This document shows, in pieces, positions 29,666 through 40,836 of a stretch of DNA of 64,000 nt. Position 1 is the stretch's first letter. Each line of letters starts with the position of its first letter. Below the pieces are notes generated by a model, which saw nothing but the letters and a program-made list of their open reading frames with translations, was not told where the DNA came from and made no database searches. Origin of the DNA: a virus; the IMG/VR virus record IMGVR_UViG_3300008459_000031, positions 7,631 through 71,630 of that record; one strand, given 5' to 3'. A program made the position numbers and the translations under genes.

Positions 29666-32041
29666 TTATTCAAATAGTGGCATACCTGTTACTCTATCAA
29701 ATCCTGCAATTTCTAATACTTGAGGATCCGTAGCTCTCATTTTTTCAGAAGTTTTTCCGGTTTGAGGATTGTACAATTGAACTAATGGAGGTGAACCAGG
29801 ACCTTCAGATTGTACTCTAACAATTACTTGATTACCAGTTCTATTTCCATCTTTATCAACTGCATTCTTACTAAACTCTCTTATATCTCCTTTTTTGCCA
29901 GTATCATGATTAATGATATCTAAACTTAATTGAGTAGCTGAAGAGTTCTGCCAGTTAGATATAATAGGATTAGAAACTTGATTTCCAGAAAGTCTTACTG
30001 TTTTGATATCTTTAACACCTGCTACGTTTGCTTCTAATGTAAGTACCCAATCTCCAGTTCTTGTATCATACCCATATCTCTTAGTAGAGTATTGTTCTAG
30101 ATCTTTACCTGACTGTGTTTCTCCAGATTCCTGATCTACGACAGTCATGCTAGCTGTAAGTGATTTGTCTTTAAAGTAAGCATCAGCTGCTTTAGTTACA
30201 ATTCTAGATTGCTCATTAGTTAGTCCAGGAAGAACTCCGTATATTATAGGAGAAGCTATTTTAATTTCTTTAAGTTTATCACTAACATTTTGAGCATTAA
30301 CTCCAAGCCTATCTTTAATCATACTAAATCCTGATACCATATCTGTATAATGGTAAAAATCATCTCCATAAATATTCTCTCCAGGGCCTTCAACCTTTCC
30401 ACCTGCGGCTCTCCACTCTGCTTCTGCTAAAGTTTCTGAAGTTCCTCCAGCCCCATATTTAGTAGCAACATATTTATCCCAATCTGCAGACATAACTCTA
30501 TCTGCTGCTCCTGATGATACATTTACTTGCCAGCCACTTCCAGCTTTTTTGTTCCAAGCATTTTTAAAGTCTATATAATCTTGGTCATTTGTATTATCAA
30601 ATATTCTATTAATTATAGCAGCATATTCCCCAGCTGATTTGTTTGGGTACATTTCTTTAACTACTGACATGATGTTACCATCAGCCTTTTCAAGTTGAGC
30701 TGTAGTAAGTGACATATCTCCAGCCTTGATAATATTCTGCTCAATTAAACTAGCTTGTTTCTTTAAGTTAGCTGCTTGCTTAAGTTTCTCTTGCCTAACT
30801 TGTAAAGATAACCCCATATCAGTAGCTTCTTTTTCTAATTCTGCAGCTAATGCTAGTTTATCTCTAGCATTTGTCATTTGATCTTCAATAGTCTTACCAT
30901 TTAAATCAGCAGTGATTTCTGACATCTCCTCCATTGGAGTTCCATAAGCCTCTTCAAAGTCTTTTTGACGTTTATATTCATCCATCCAAAGTGCATCATA
31001 ACTTTCTTTGTAAACAGAAGTTTGTTCATAAACCCCAGCCTTAAGGCCTGCATACTCTTCTATAGGTTTAATTATCTCATCAGCAGCTTTTGATTTAATA
31101 TAAGCATACATACTTGCTTCATCCCCACTAGCTTTATTTAGAGTAGCTAATTCTTTATTTAAAGTTGCTAATTGTGATTTAACTTGAAGTCTCTCATTAG
31201 AATTTAAAGATCCAGAAGAGAGCATATTATTAAGTTGATTAATAGCACTCTTGTATCCTGTAATTTGATTTTCGAATACAGCAGGTAATTGACCAGAAGC
31301 TTGGAAAGAATATGTTTTCATATCCGATAATTGATCTACATATGCTTTTACATCTGGTTCAGCCATAACAGCTTTCATTACTGCATCTACTTTACTTTGT
31401 GGTATTACACTCATAGTACCACCTTGCTCAATTACATACATTCCACCAGGACCTTGACCTACTTTTTGTACAGTACTTCCTGTCTTTTCTTCATGTAGAA
31501 TTTTAAGACGTTCAGTAACTCTATCCATAATCTTAGGATCTTTATAGATAGTAGGACCAGTAAATAAAGATCCTTCTTTAACTCTTCCAGTCTCAGGGTC
31601 TATCTCAAAACCTTTGTACTGACCTTGAGCTGTTCTAAGCATATACTGTGAGAGATACTTTTGCTGCTCAGCATTATAGTCTCCCTTTTTTAAAGCTTCG
31701 TTGAATTCATTAACATAGTTAGAATATCTCTGATAGTTTTCCTTTATAGGAGCATATTGTTCAGAAAAATCTTTTGCCCCTTTACGAATAGACATTCCTA
31801 GATTTTCATAATCTCCTCTTTCAGATAATAGAGCTAGAGTATTATCCATCTCTCTTTGTAACTCTCTTTTCCTTTGAACATCGTTTTCAAAAGGAAGAGC
31901 AGCCTGCATCTGATCTACAGCCATAGCAAGTTGATCATTTACCTGCATATTCTCCATGAAACGATTTCTTAATGTTTCAGATATTCTTGCTGATTGAGGA
32001 TCTACATATGTGCTTACGTATTCTCCAAATTTATATGCCAT
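29666..32041 (-). CDS. putative virion cargo/ejection protein
   Basis: 791 aa, helical, no Cys; lies between tail and RNAP genes. Confidence 0.6.
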   Translation of the reverse strand: MAYKFGEYVSTYVDPQSARISETLRNRFMENMQVNDQLAMAVDQMQAALPFENDVQRKRELQREMDNTLALLSERGDYENLGMSIRKGAKDFSEQYAPIKENYQRYSNYVNEFNEALKKGDYNAEQQKYLSQYMLRTAQGQYKGFEIDPETGRVKEGSLFTGPTIYKDPKIMDRVTERLKILHEEKTGSTVQKVGQGPGGMYVIEQGGTMSVIPQSKVDAVMKAVMAEPDVKAYVDQLSDMKTYSFQASGQLPAVFENQITGYKSAINQLNNMLSSGSLNSNERLQVKSQLATLNKELATLNKASGDEASMYAYIKSKAADEIIKPIEEYAGLKAGVYEQTSVYKESYDALWMDEYKRQKDFEEAYGTPMEEMSEITADLNGKTIEDQMTNARDKLALAAELEKEATDMGLSLQVRQEKLKQAANLKKQASLIEQNIIKAGDMSLTTAQLEKADGNIMSVVKEMYPNKSAGEYAAIINRIFDNTNDQDYIDFKNAWNKKAGSGWQVNVSSGAADRVMSADWDKYVATKYGAGGTSETLAEAEWRAAGGKVEGPGENIYGDDFYHYTDMVSGFSMIKDRLGVNAQNVSDKLKEIKIASPIIYGVLPGLTNEQSRIVTKAADAYFKDKSLTASMTVVDQESGETQSGKDLEQYSTKRYGYDTRTGDWVLTLEANVAGVKDIKTVRLSGNQVSNPIISNWQNSSATQLSLDIINHDTGKKGDIREFSKNAVDKDGNRTGNQVIVRVQSEGPGSPPLVQLYNPQTGKTSEKMRATDPQVLEIAGFDRVTGMPLFE

Positions 32042-32046
32042 ACAAC

Positions 32047-35000
32047 TTAAATGTTAAATTTTGGTTTGGTGCTTCTTACTTTATTCAACTCCCCTAGTCT
32101 AGATACATACTGTCTAACTCCACCTAATTTTGCTTCTTGTTTATCTTTCTTCTCTTTCTTCTCTTCTTCCTCTAGGAATTTTTTATATTTAGTGCTAGAT
32201 ACATATAAATCTGGGTTCAAATCTTTTGCTAAAGCAGCTGCAATACGACGTAATTCTGAATCATTCATATTAGCATATGGTGAGTTCTTACGTTTAGACT
32301 CTCTTTGTAATTGTTCTAATATTGTAAAACGATCGTAAGAGCCAGTTTCATCAAGAGCTTTAGCTAAACGTTCTTGTGCTTTATAAGCTCTATCATCTTT
32401 AACTATTCCAGCTATTCTTGAAGCAGCTGTATCTATAGCTCCTAGAATAGTTTCGTATCTATCTTTAATTTGATTGTCTCTAGCTTCTTTATTAAACATC
32501 TGCCTTCTCATTTCATTCTCAATGTTAGAAGTGCTAGCTTGTAATCCTAATCTTCCTTCTTCAGCTGCTAATTGCTTGTTTGCATCTTGCTCTTGTTTAG
32601 CAATTTTAAGCATGTTAGTATTAGCATTATTCAAACCAGCCTGCAGTGCTGCAATAGCACCAGGCCCTGCATTCTGACTTCCGATAAAGTTTTTCATTGC
32701 AGTTAGTCCTTGAATAGTAGAAGCTCTTTCTTGGTTTAAATTCATTCTAGGTAGAAGTGGTCCACTAACACCACCAACAGAAGACACTCCAGGAGTAATT
32801 TTTGGTGGATTCATTAAAGCATATCCTACAGGAAGTAACTGACCTAATCCTGCTAAGATAGAATTATTTATATCTCCTTTCTGCTTAAAACCCGGTATTG
32901 GCTTACAACTTCCATCAGTACTTCTATACATACCAGGAGGACAAGGAGTAACTCTATCTTCTAAAGGTTTCTTTTCTTCTATCTTTTCTTTCTCTTCAAT
33001 TTTTATTTTACCAGCCCCACCTTCAGCTGTATAACTTCCTAATGCATTGTGAATAGGACCAACAGCAGAGTTAGTAGCTTGTTTTTCTAAATAGTCAGAT
33101 AAAGCCTCTTCTTTGCCTGCTATTATATTTCCATCTTTATCAATAAATCCTTTAGTTTTAAGATTATCTCTAATCTGCTTTGCATCTTCCCCTAAATACG
33201 AACTAGTGTTGTTAGGATCTCCCCCATCAATAATATATTTAAAATAGCCTAATATTTCTTCAGGGTTGTTAGCAAATAAAGAGTGTACATCTGCTTCGAA
33301 CTTACCGTGAGCAACTTTAGCTTCTTCTGCAGACATTCCTTTTTTATACCCATACTTTTTCCCCCAGTTACTTTCAGCAATTTTATCTCTGTCTGCTATA
33401 TAGTCAGAGTAGCTTAACTTACCACTTTCAGTTGACTTCTTTGCATATAAAGCATCAGATTTATTTTCCCAAGCTGCATCATATCTATTAGTAAGAATAC
33501 CTTCTAATGCTTTTTCATCTCCTGTTGTAGTTCCTAATCTAGAACCTTCCATAGCTCCTACCCCCATTAAAGGTCTAGATTTATTTATAGTAACTTCTCC
33601 AGTATCAGGATTAACTGTTCTTTGAAAGCCCATAAAATATCTAGGAAGCCCTGCTAATCTAGCTGCTTCTTTTTCTTCTGCAGTTTGTGGAACTTGAGTA
33701 AGATCTTCGTCAGTTATATAAGTAGTCTTAGGATCTGTGTAACCACTAGCATCTCCAGGATTTGGTCCAGTCTGAGTAACTGTACCTGCACCTGTTGTTG
33801 TAGTATTTACTGTACTATTAGCTGTAACATTATCATTTGTTGTATTACCACCTGTAGTAGTATTAGAGGCAAATCTTTCAGTATCAGCTTTTCTTTTTTC
33901 TTCCAATTTTTTAGCAAACTCCTCATCATCATATGCTTCATTTTTTGGAACGTCATATCCTAACTTTTCTGCAAAAGCTGGGTTATCTTTAAAGTCTATC
34001 CAATTACCTTTTTCGTCATCCCAACCCTCTCTTCTCCAATCTGAAGTTGTACCCTCTGGATTTTTCTTTTTATAAAAACCTGCTTTGTGGAATGCAGCAA
34101 TATCTTCTGGGTTCTCTCTATAGGCTATTTCTCCAGTTGGCTTTCCGTCTTTGTATAGTATTCTAACTGGAGTGCTATTCTCTGGATTTGTAGAAGTTCT
34201 TACATCATTATAGTACCCAGTAAATGGATCGTAGTTATAAGGATAAACAGTACCATCAGAAGTCGACATATTAGCATCCATTGCTTTTTTCTTCTCAGCA
34301 TCGTATGCATCTGATGCAGCTAAAGCTTCAGCTAATCTTTTCTTTTGATCCTCTCTAAAAGATGTAGTTATTTGATTTAACCCTGGTAATCTTTGGGTAC
34401 TTTGATCTAATGGTAGTGTAACATCTGATTTAGAGGCTACAGTTTGATCTGTTACGGCACCTTCATTTTTAGCTTTCTCATCATTAATGGCAGCAATTTT
34501 CTGCTCATTATTCTTTTGCCGTATATAGTAGTCGTAATCAGATTGACTTATTCTTTTTCCTTTTGGCTTATCCTCAACTTTAACCTCTGGTTGAGTTTGT
34601 GGATTTTGTGTATAATACATCACATCTGAAATTGGGATACAATTACCAAATTCATCCATTATATATCCTTCTGGACAAGGAGCTCCACCTTCTGCATATT
34701 TACCTAATCCACCGTATCTAGCTATTTTCTTTGGATTACGTCCAGCAACTTCTTCTTGCTTTGTAGCTAAGTCTTGAATATCTTTTTGAGAAGCACCAGA
34801 TTTAACCATCTCTTCATGCCTTTTAGCAAATGATTTTCCACCAAGCTTTAAGTACTCAGAGAAAAAGTAATCTCTCTTACCACCATTTTTCATTTCTACT
34901 TTGTCTTTAGTTTCGTTATTCTCAACTTCTACATTACTGCTTTCTTGTATTCCTCCCTCTTCATGTGTCTGTCCGATATATTTTTTAGCTCCACCTGGTA

Positions 35001-35949
35001 GAGAGATTTCTACTCCTCCAGGAAGTGGCTTTATTCCACCTTTCTTAGCTAAGTATGAACCAGTAAATTGATTATTCATATTTGTAGAAGAATTTAAACC
35101 AAATCCAGTATCTGCTCCAGTTAATCTAGATTGTACATATGAGTTTTGAAATGCAGCTCTTCTAGCTGACTGCTCTCTTTGAAGCTCCTCTGCAAGATCT
35201 TGATTCTCTCTATTCTCTTTTATTCCTTTATAAACTCCAATACCTCCACCTATTATTGCACCACCTATTCCACCTACAACATTTCCTACACCTGGAAAGA
35301 GGCTTCCTAGTGTAGCACCTGTTGTAAATCCAGTTCCAGCACCTTTAAATCCTTCTGCAACTATATTTCCAGTATTCTCTTTATTACTTGTTTCATACTG
35401 TGATTTGTCATCAGTCAATTTTTCAGTAACCATTCCTGCGGCTGTTGCACCTGCTCCTATACCTGCTACTGCTAAGTTCGACATCTGTGATCCCATAAGT
35501 CCACCTGATGGAGCCACAGGAGCAGCACCTGATTGTGACATTTTAGAGAACATAACTCCTTGATTTCCACCAGTAGTCTTTCCCATAGTCATCTGTAAAG
35601 GTTGACCTGTTTGAGGATTTATTAGACCAGTATTTAGAACTGTTGGAGTGGTATCTGTTAGTGCTGTAGTAGTTAAGTCTTTTGATAGAGATTTAACTAA
35701 ATCTACTCCTGCTTTCTTTGCAAATTCTCTCTCTTGCTGTTTTCTTGCTAATTCTTGTTCTTTAGCATTTTGCATAGCTGTGTTAGCAGCCTGAGTTAAT
35801 TCCCTCTGTGTAGATGCAAAATTAGATTGAGCATCTTCTGCTATCGATTTATCTAGATAATATGGGTTCTGTCTAGTCTGTGATACAGAAGACATGTTGT
35901 ATCCACCTGCTGCATATTTCTTTGTAAGTTTCTTAAGTTTTTTAGCCAT
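32047..35949 (-). CDS. putative virion cargo protein with Gly-rich hydrophobic helices
   Basis: GVGNVVGGIGGAIIGGGIG segment, GQTHEEGGI motif, repeated xxGG motifs; directly after tail stabilization gene. Confidence 0.6.
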   Translation of the reverse strand: MAKKLKKLTKKYAAGGYNMSSVSQTRQNPYYLDKSIAEDAQSNFASTQRELTQAANTAMQNAKEQELARKQQEREFAKKAGVDLVKSLSKDLTTTALTDTTPTVLNTGLINPQTGQPLQMTMGKTTGGNQGVMFSKMSQSGAAPVAPSGGLMGSQMSNLAVAGIGAGATAAGMVTEKLTDDKSQYETSNKENTGNIVAEGFKGAGTGFTTGATLGSLFPGVGNVVGGIGGAIIGGGIGVYKGIKENRENQDLAEELQREQSARRAAFQNSYVQSRLTGADTGFGLNSSTNMNNQFTGSYLAKKGGIKPLPGGVEISLPGGAKKYIGQTHEEGGIQESSNVEVENNETKDKVEMKNGGKRDYFFSEYLKLGGKSFAKRHEEMVKSGASQKDIQDLATKQEEVAGRNPKKIARYGGLGKYAEGGAPCPEGYIMDEFGNCIPISDVMYYTQNPQTQPEVKVEDKPKGKRISQSDYDYYIRQKNNEQKIAAINDEKAKNEGAVTDQTVASKSDVTLPLDQSTQRLPGLNQITTSFREDQKKRLAEALAASDAYDAEKKKAMDANMSTSDGTVYPYNYDPFTGYYNDVRTSTNPENSTPVRILYKDGKPTGEIAYRENPEDIAAFHKAGFYKKKNPEGTTSDWRREGWDDEKGNWIDFKDNPAFAEKLGYDVPKNEAYDDEEFAKKLEEKRKADTERFASNTTTGGNTTNDNVTANSTVNTTTTGAGTVTQTGPNPGDASGYTDPKTTYITDEDLTQVPQTAEEKEAARLAGLPRYFMGFQRTVNPDTGEVTINKSRPLMGVGAMEGSRLGTTTGDEKALEGILTNRYDAAWENKSDALYAKKSTESGKLSYSDYIADRDKIAESNWGKKYGYKKGMSAEEAKVAHGKFEADVHSLFANNPEEILGYFKYIIDGGDPNNTSSYLGEDAKQIRDNLKTKGFIDKDGNIIAGKEEALSDYLEKQATNSAVGPIHNALGSYTAEGGAGKIKIEEKEKIEEKKPLEDRVTPCPPGMYRSTDGSCKPIPGFKQKGDINNSILAGLGQLLPVGYALMNPPKITPGVSSVGGVSGPLLPRMNLNQERASTIQGLTAMKNFIGSQNAGPGAIAALQAGLNNANTNMLKIAKQEQDANKQLAAEEGRLGLQASTSNIENEMRRQMFNKEARDNQIKDRYETILGAIDTAASRIAGIVKDDRAYKAQERLAKALDETGSYDRFTILEQLQRESKRKNSPYANMNDSELRRIAAALAKDLNPDLYVSSTKYKKFLEEEEKKEKKDKQEAKLGGVRQYVSRLGELNKVRSTKPKFNI

Positions 35950-35954
35950 GTTAA

Positions 35955-38900
35955 TTATCTATTAGATATTCGATAAGCAGCTTTTGCTGTATACAAATTT
36001 ATTAAATTTCCAGCCTTATTGTTAGAAATTAATCTAATTGCTATAAATTTATCCACAAACTTTCTTTGCTCATACCAAGGTTTAGTTAAGTCTAGATAGT
36101 CTGAGTTTATAATACCTTCTGAGGTAAACATAAATTCTGTATTAGTGGGAGTGTATGTTCCACTATAGATGTCACCCTGAACAGTTATCTGATTTTGATC
36201 CATAGAAGTATTAAACTCTATCTTTGATAAGTCTCTAAAATCATTTGTAACCCAGGAATTATCTACTTTTCTGATGTTCTGTAGATATGTAATATCCTTA
36301 TAACCAGATATTTGTGTTGTATTGTAGACATAGAATTCTGTAAATCCTGTACTGAATTGCTGTTTAACTTCTGGGAGAGTCTCTCTTTTTTTAGTTACCA
36401 CATCTGCTACATAAGATAAAGATGTGAATATTTTATTTAAGGCTTTGGTAGTTGATACAACTCCCGAAGTACTTGTAGTACTCTCTCCAGTATATACAAA
36501 CTCAAATTCAAAGTTATAAATATTATTATAAAAACTGCCAGGTGTACTAGGGTTATTATGAACGAAGAAGTTCGAAGGACTTTCTTGATCAAAGCTGTAT
36601 AAATATTTTGAGTTAAAGGCATACAATGGAGGAGTGTAAGAATGTCTACTTGCCCATACAGAAAAGTCAGTTGAAAAAGATATTGTCCATCCACCTTTTT
36701 TAAACCAGATTCCCTCCTCAATTACAATAGGGTGACCTGTTGGTGGATTTACTGTACCATTTATAAATTGATTATTTGCTTGGTCAAACTGAACTTTATC
36801 TAATTCCCACTCAGTTAAGAATTTATCTGTAGGTATAAGTTCTTGTTTTGTAATGATAATCCTCTTAAACAATGGATCGTATGTAGTTATAAACCCAAAG
36901 TTGCCTGTTGGGGCATCTAGGTTGAAATCTAATCCATCTAGATTTATCCCATAGTTCTCTAGTACAAATGGTATATTCTCTCTACTCCACACATCCATCC
37001 CTAGGTCAGATAGGTCATTAACCTTTTGCTGAATTAAAAATATTTTTCGAGTTTTTCTAGAGATAAATACATACCCATCTTTAGTAACAAGAGATGATAA
37101 TAAGTTATAATTCCCTAAGAACCCTTCTGAAGATTGTACGATTTCATCTGGCTCTTGAGCAAACAAGTCACCAGAACCTATATATGCTTGACTTGCATCT
37201 GCCAGTTCTACATTCTGCTTACCTTTAGTTCTAAAAAGACTTCTTTGTGTATGTATGTAAAGTAAGCTGTCTAAAGCAAATATATTATTTATCTCTCCTT
37301 TGCTTTGTGCAAAGTCTTTATAATCTAATCCTAAGAAATACCTATAAGCATCTGAGAAATTACCATCTTGAACATTAGATCTTATTACACGATTTGGATA
37401 AAGATTTGTAGACCTTTCTTTTTTAGGGAATGGGACTGTAACTCTTTTATCCTGTTGAGCAGAATACTGATCTTCATATAGAAGATTATCCATCTTAGTT
37501 AAATCATAAAGAGGAGATTTATATAATACATCTGCTGCAGTAAACTTATCAAAGTAAGCTGAATTTGCTGGACTTACTCCTTTTTCAACATCTCCACAAT
37601 GACGGAAGTTAATATTATCATCAGATTCTACTATGAATTGGTATAGTGTAGTATAAGGATTAACATCTCCATTATACCAGTTACTACTATTATCTATTGT
37701 AGCAAGCCTCTGTAATTCATTACCTGCAGACCATAATACATGATAATCTCCAGTATATCCTGTTGGTATATCAAATGGTATATCCCCATATATCTGATCA
37801 TCTGGACCTGCAGATCCTTCAGCATTATCCCCTTTCTTAAAGTAAGCTAATGCAAAACTTTGTGCAGTAGTTCTATAACCATATCTAACTATGTAAGTAT
37901 CTCCACCAAATATTGTATCTGATTCTGTACCTAAATAATAGTTTAATTTTGAGTTAGCTGTATCTTCTCCTGTGACTGTGTCGACAGTTAAAGTTGATTT
38001 ATAATAGCCAGTTGATACTAATAGTTGTTGGTCAAATGGTTCAAATACATCTGTTTTAGCTGAGCATAAGTTTACTAGATAAACATTAGGTCTACCTTTA
38101 GCTGTTAATCCAGCTATAAAAGGCATTTTATTTATGTAGTCATACTCAACATTATCACTCCAATTATCCCCACCATATCCATATAATGCAGGTAATCCAG
38201 AGTCTAACCCTATTGCTATCCCACTTTCCCCAACGTTGTTAACTATATAACTTGCACCTTTAAATCCTGTGGCTGATATATTCTTTAAGAAAGTTAATCC
38301 AGATATATATGTAGCACTCTCAGGAGCTATTGTAAATACTGTTTGAAGATTTGTTAGATATTGTGCAGGATTTCTAACATCACTAACATTCGTAGGGGCC
38401 CAATATTTTGCTCCTATGAATACATTTCCAAGCATGCTAGTTGGACCTATTACGTCGTAAGCTGGGTCGTCTTCATTTACATCAAAGTTGTTTGTATTCC
38501 CTAAATCTGGGTGAACCCATGCATACTCGTCATCTCCATGTCCTGCTCTAAATGTAGGGTAGTAACCATCATCATCTTTTTGAGCACCTTTATAGTTACC
38601 CTGCCAGTTCTGCATTGTTACTATATATTGTATATCAACGTGAGTTGCAGTTGCTAATGTATGCTTCTTTCTTAAAAGATTGAAATCGTGGAATTTAAAT
38701 ACTGAATAACCTTCATAATCATTTGGTGCCCAAGCAGTATCTCTTTGAGTTATACCCTCTTTTAATAAATCTCCTCTGCTATACCATACATTAAAGTAAG
38801 GTCCTTTCTTAGCATCATTTATCTCTAATGATAAGTTAGCAGCAAGTATAGGATTAGATGGGTGAACTCCACTCTGACCTATAATGGTTTTATTTCCTTG

Positions 38901-40826
38901 AGTTCTTTTAGCATAATAAACTTTATATCCCTGTATCTGTTCTAAAATAAATTTAGGGATACGTATATTTCCAAGCTTTATCCCTAATATTCTTACCTCT
39001 TCTTCGAATCTAACACCACCATCATTGAATGTATTTGAATTTATATTCGGGGTAGAGAAGTCTTCATTCTGCTTAATGTAAGAATAAGTTGCATTTTTAT
39101 TAGATGGTAACTTATGGTGACGAACCTTTTGACCTCTTAATGTTCCAGCTATGACTGGATTACCTGATACATCAGTAGTCCATACATCAAAGTCATCGGT
39201 ATTTGGGTAGAATTCATTTTGATTTTCCCAGAATGCAGTACTTTGAAATGGTGCAATTATACTAGTATCTAGATATTGAAATACTCTAGAATCTGGATTT
39301 GATGCAATAACCTCTCCTGGTCTAAAATTAACTTGAGCTCCAGGAGCCACATTTGGAGATGTCATTAAATCTCTTTCATATTCTGCTACTACATTTCTAC
39401 CTGGGATATGGTAAGCATATGACTCTGATCCATCTTTTAGTATGAACGATATGTAGAAAGCATATACTTCCCCTCTTCTATATGTCTTCTTTTTGAATAA
39501 TAACTCTTCTACATCTCTGTAACCTTTGCTTGTCCCTAACTGCACTGGCTTAATTACATCATGTATGTATGGGAATATTTCAGCCCTAGCTGCATAATCC
39601 TGATGCACTAGTCTAGTATATCCTTCATTTATATTGAAGATGTCATACAGTCTAGGATCAAACTTTTCAATAGTCTCAACCTGTGCAGTAAGCTGAATAC
39701 TGTTTGCAAATCTTTGATACCCTAAATCTTTTCTAGCAGTTAGGTTAGCTGCATATAATCTATTGTCTAATTGAGTTATAGATTTAGCAGTTAAGTATCT
39801 AACTTTATCTATTACAGCTTCTTCCAATGAAGACTGAGCTGCATTTTCTATTCCACTATAAACTATTTCAACTTCGTTTGGTAGTAAATTACCTACTGCA
39901 ATTTTGTTTATTTCAACAGGTTCTAGTTTGTATACAAATTCGGCTTCTCCGATTCTCTGTACTATATAAGGAACTACGTACTTATAATCTGTATTTAGAT
40001 TATTGAGAATCCATTTAATTGACTTATTAGTTTGAGACTCATTAGGGGAACCACTGATAATTTCTCTTGGGATGGTATCCTCATTAGATTGCACAATGTA
40101 CACAGGATTTGATAATGTGAGTACATTAGTTTCAGTAAAATCTTTGTCTGCATAAGCTACCCCTAAAAAATAAGTTCCACTTTCTACTCCACCACCTTGT
40201 AATATTTCAAGAGTTTTAAACTCTGGAATTCTACCTGAATCTAAGAATAGGTTTAGTGATGATATATTAACTGGATTTAAGTTATCGTATAATGCACTTT
40301 CGGAACCTCCGTTATTTATATGTAACAGTTGCCTTGTAACATCTAAAACTCTTACAGGATTATATTCGTTTATATAGGATATACCTGTATTTGGTTCTTC
40401 TATTTCTGAATATTTGTTATCAGTAAAATATATAATATTGTTTCCAGTTGGGGAAACTCTAAAATCTCCAGTAACTGGATGTTCTTTATCAAAATTAAGA
40501 TGTCCTCTAGCTGATGTAGGGGTTGTTAATAATAGAAGTGTAGATACATGAGTAGATGTGTTTATATGGAATATAGCCGAATCGTCTCCATTAACAGCAA
40601 ATATTATAAAGTTATCATCTGACAAAGCAATTTGCCCTACTGGCTCATATAAGTCATCTTTAAATTTTAAAGAAGAAACAAAGCTATTACCATACTCTGA
40701 AGTTATTGAACCCTTTTGGTTTTCAAGTATTGCATTCAAAGCATCTCTGTACGTATTATCGATTTGATCGATACGTCCAGTATCTTTGTTCATTCCTTTT
40801 ATAAACTTAATATCTTGTCCAGCCAT
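35955..40826 (-). CDS. tail stabilization / nozzle (muzzle) protein (P22 gp10-like)
   Basis: N-terminal FIKGMNKD..YRDALN, LYAANL, YRRGEVYAFYI, FGGDTYI; beta-rich, 1623 aa. Confidence 0.75.
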   Translation of the reverse strand: MAGQDIKFIKGMNKDTGRIDQIDNTYRDALNAILENQKGSITSEYGNSFVSSLKFKDDLYEPVGQIALSDDNFIIFAVNGDDSAIFHINTSTHVSTLLLLTTPTSARGHLNFDKEHPVTGDFRVSPTGNNIIYFTDNKYSEIEEPNTGISYINEYNPVRVLDVTRQLLHINNGGSESALYDNLNPVNISSLNLFLDSGRIPEFKTLEILQGGGVESGTYFLGVAYADKDFTETNVLTLSNPVYIVQSNEDTIPREIISGSPNESQTNKSIKWILNNLNTDYKYVVPYIVQRIGEAEFVYKLEPVEINKIAVGNLLPNEVEIVYSGIENAAQSSLEEAVIDKVRYLTAKSITQLDNRLYAANLTARKDLGYQRFANSIQLTAQVETIEKFDPRLYDIFNINEGYTRLVHQDYAARAEIFPYIHDVIKPVQLGTSKGYRDVEELLFKKKTYRRGEVYAFYISFILKDGSESYAYHIPGRNVVAEYERDLMTSPNVAPGAQVNFRPGEVIASNPDSRVFQYLDTSIIAPFQSTAFWENQNEFYPNTDDFDVWTTDVSGNPVIAGTLRGQKVRHHKLPSNKNATYSYIKQNEDFSTPNINSNTFNDGGVRFEEEVRILGIKLGNIRIPKFILEQIQGYKVYYAKRTQGNKTIIGQSGVHPSNPILAANLSLEINDAKKGPYFNVWYSRGDLLKEGITQRDTAWAPNDYEGYSVFKFHDFNLLRKKHTLATATHVDIQYIVTMQNWQGNYKGAQKDDDGYYPTFRAGHGDDEYAWVHPDLGNTNNFDVNEDDPAYDVIGPTSMLGNVFIGAKYWAPTNVSDVRNPAQYLTNLQTVFTIAPESATYISGLTFLKNISATGFKGASYIVNNVGESGIAIGLDSGLPALYGYGGDNWSDNVEYDYINKMPFIAGLTAKGRPNVYLVNLCSAKTDVFEPFDQQLLVSTGYYKSTLTVDTVTGEDTANSKLNYYLGTESDTIFGGDTYIVRYGYRTTAQSFALAYFKKGDNAEGSAGPDDQIYGDIPFDIPTGYTGDYHVLWSAGNELQRLATIDNSSNWYNGDVNPYTTLYQFIVESDDNINFRHCGDVEKGVSPANSAYFDKFTAADVLYKSPLYDLTKMDNLLYEDQYSAQQDKRVTVPFPKKERSTNLYPNRVIRSNVQDGNFSDAYRYFLGLDYKDFAQSKGEINNIFALDSLLYIHTQRSLFRTKGKQNVELADASQAYIGSGDLFAQEPDEIVQSSEGFLGNYNLLSSLVTKDGYVFISRKTRKIFLIQQKVNDLSDLGMDVWSRENIPFVLENYGINLDGLDFNLDAPTGNFGFITTYDPLFKRIIITKQELIPTDKFLTEWELDKVQFDQANNQFINGTVNPPTGHPIVIEEGIWFKKGGWTISFSTDFSVWASRHSYTPPLYAFNSKYLYSFDQESPSNFFVHNNPSTPGSFYNNIYNFEFEFVYTGESTTSTSGVVSTTKALNKIFTSLSYVADVVTKKRETLPEVKQQFSTGFTEFYVYNTTQISGYKDITYLQNIRKVDNSWVTNDFRDLSKIEFNTSMDQNQITVQGDIYSGTYTPTNTEFMFTSEGIINSDYLDLTKPWYEQRKFVDKFIAIRLISNNKAGNLINLYTAKAAYRISNR

Positions 40827-40836
40827 TACTTATATA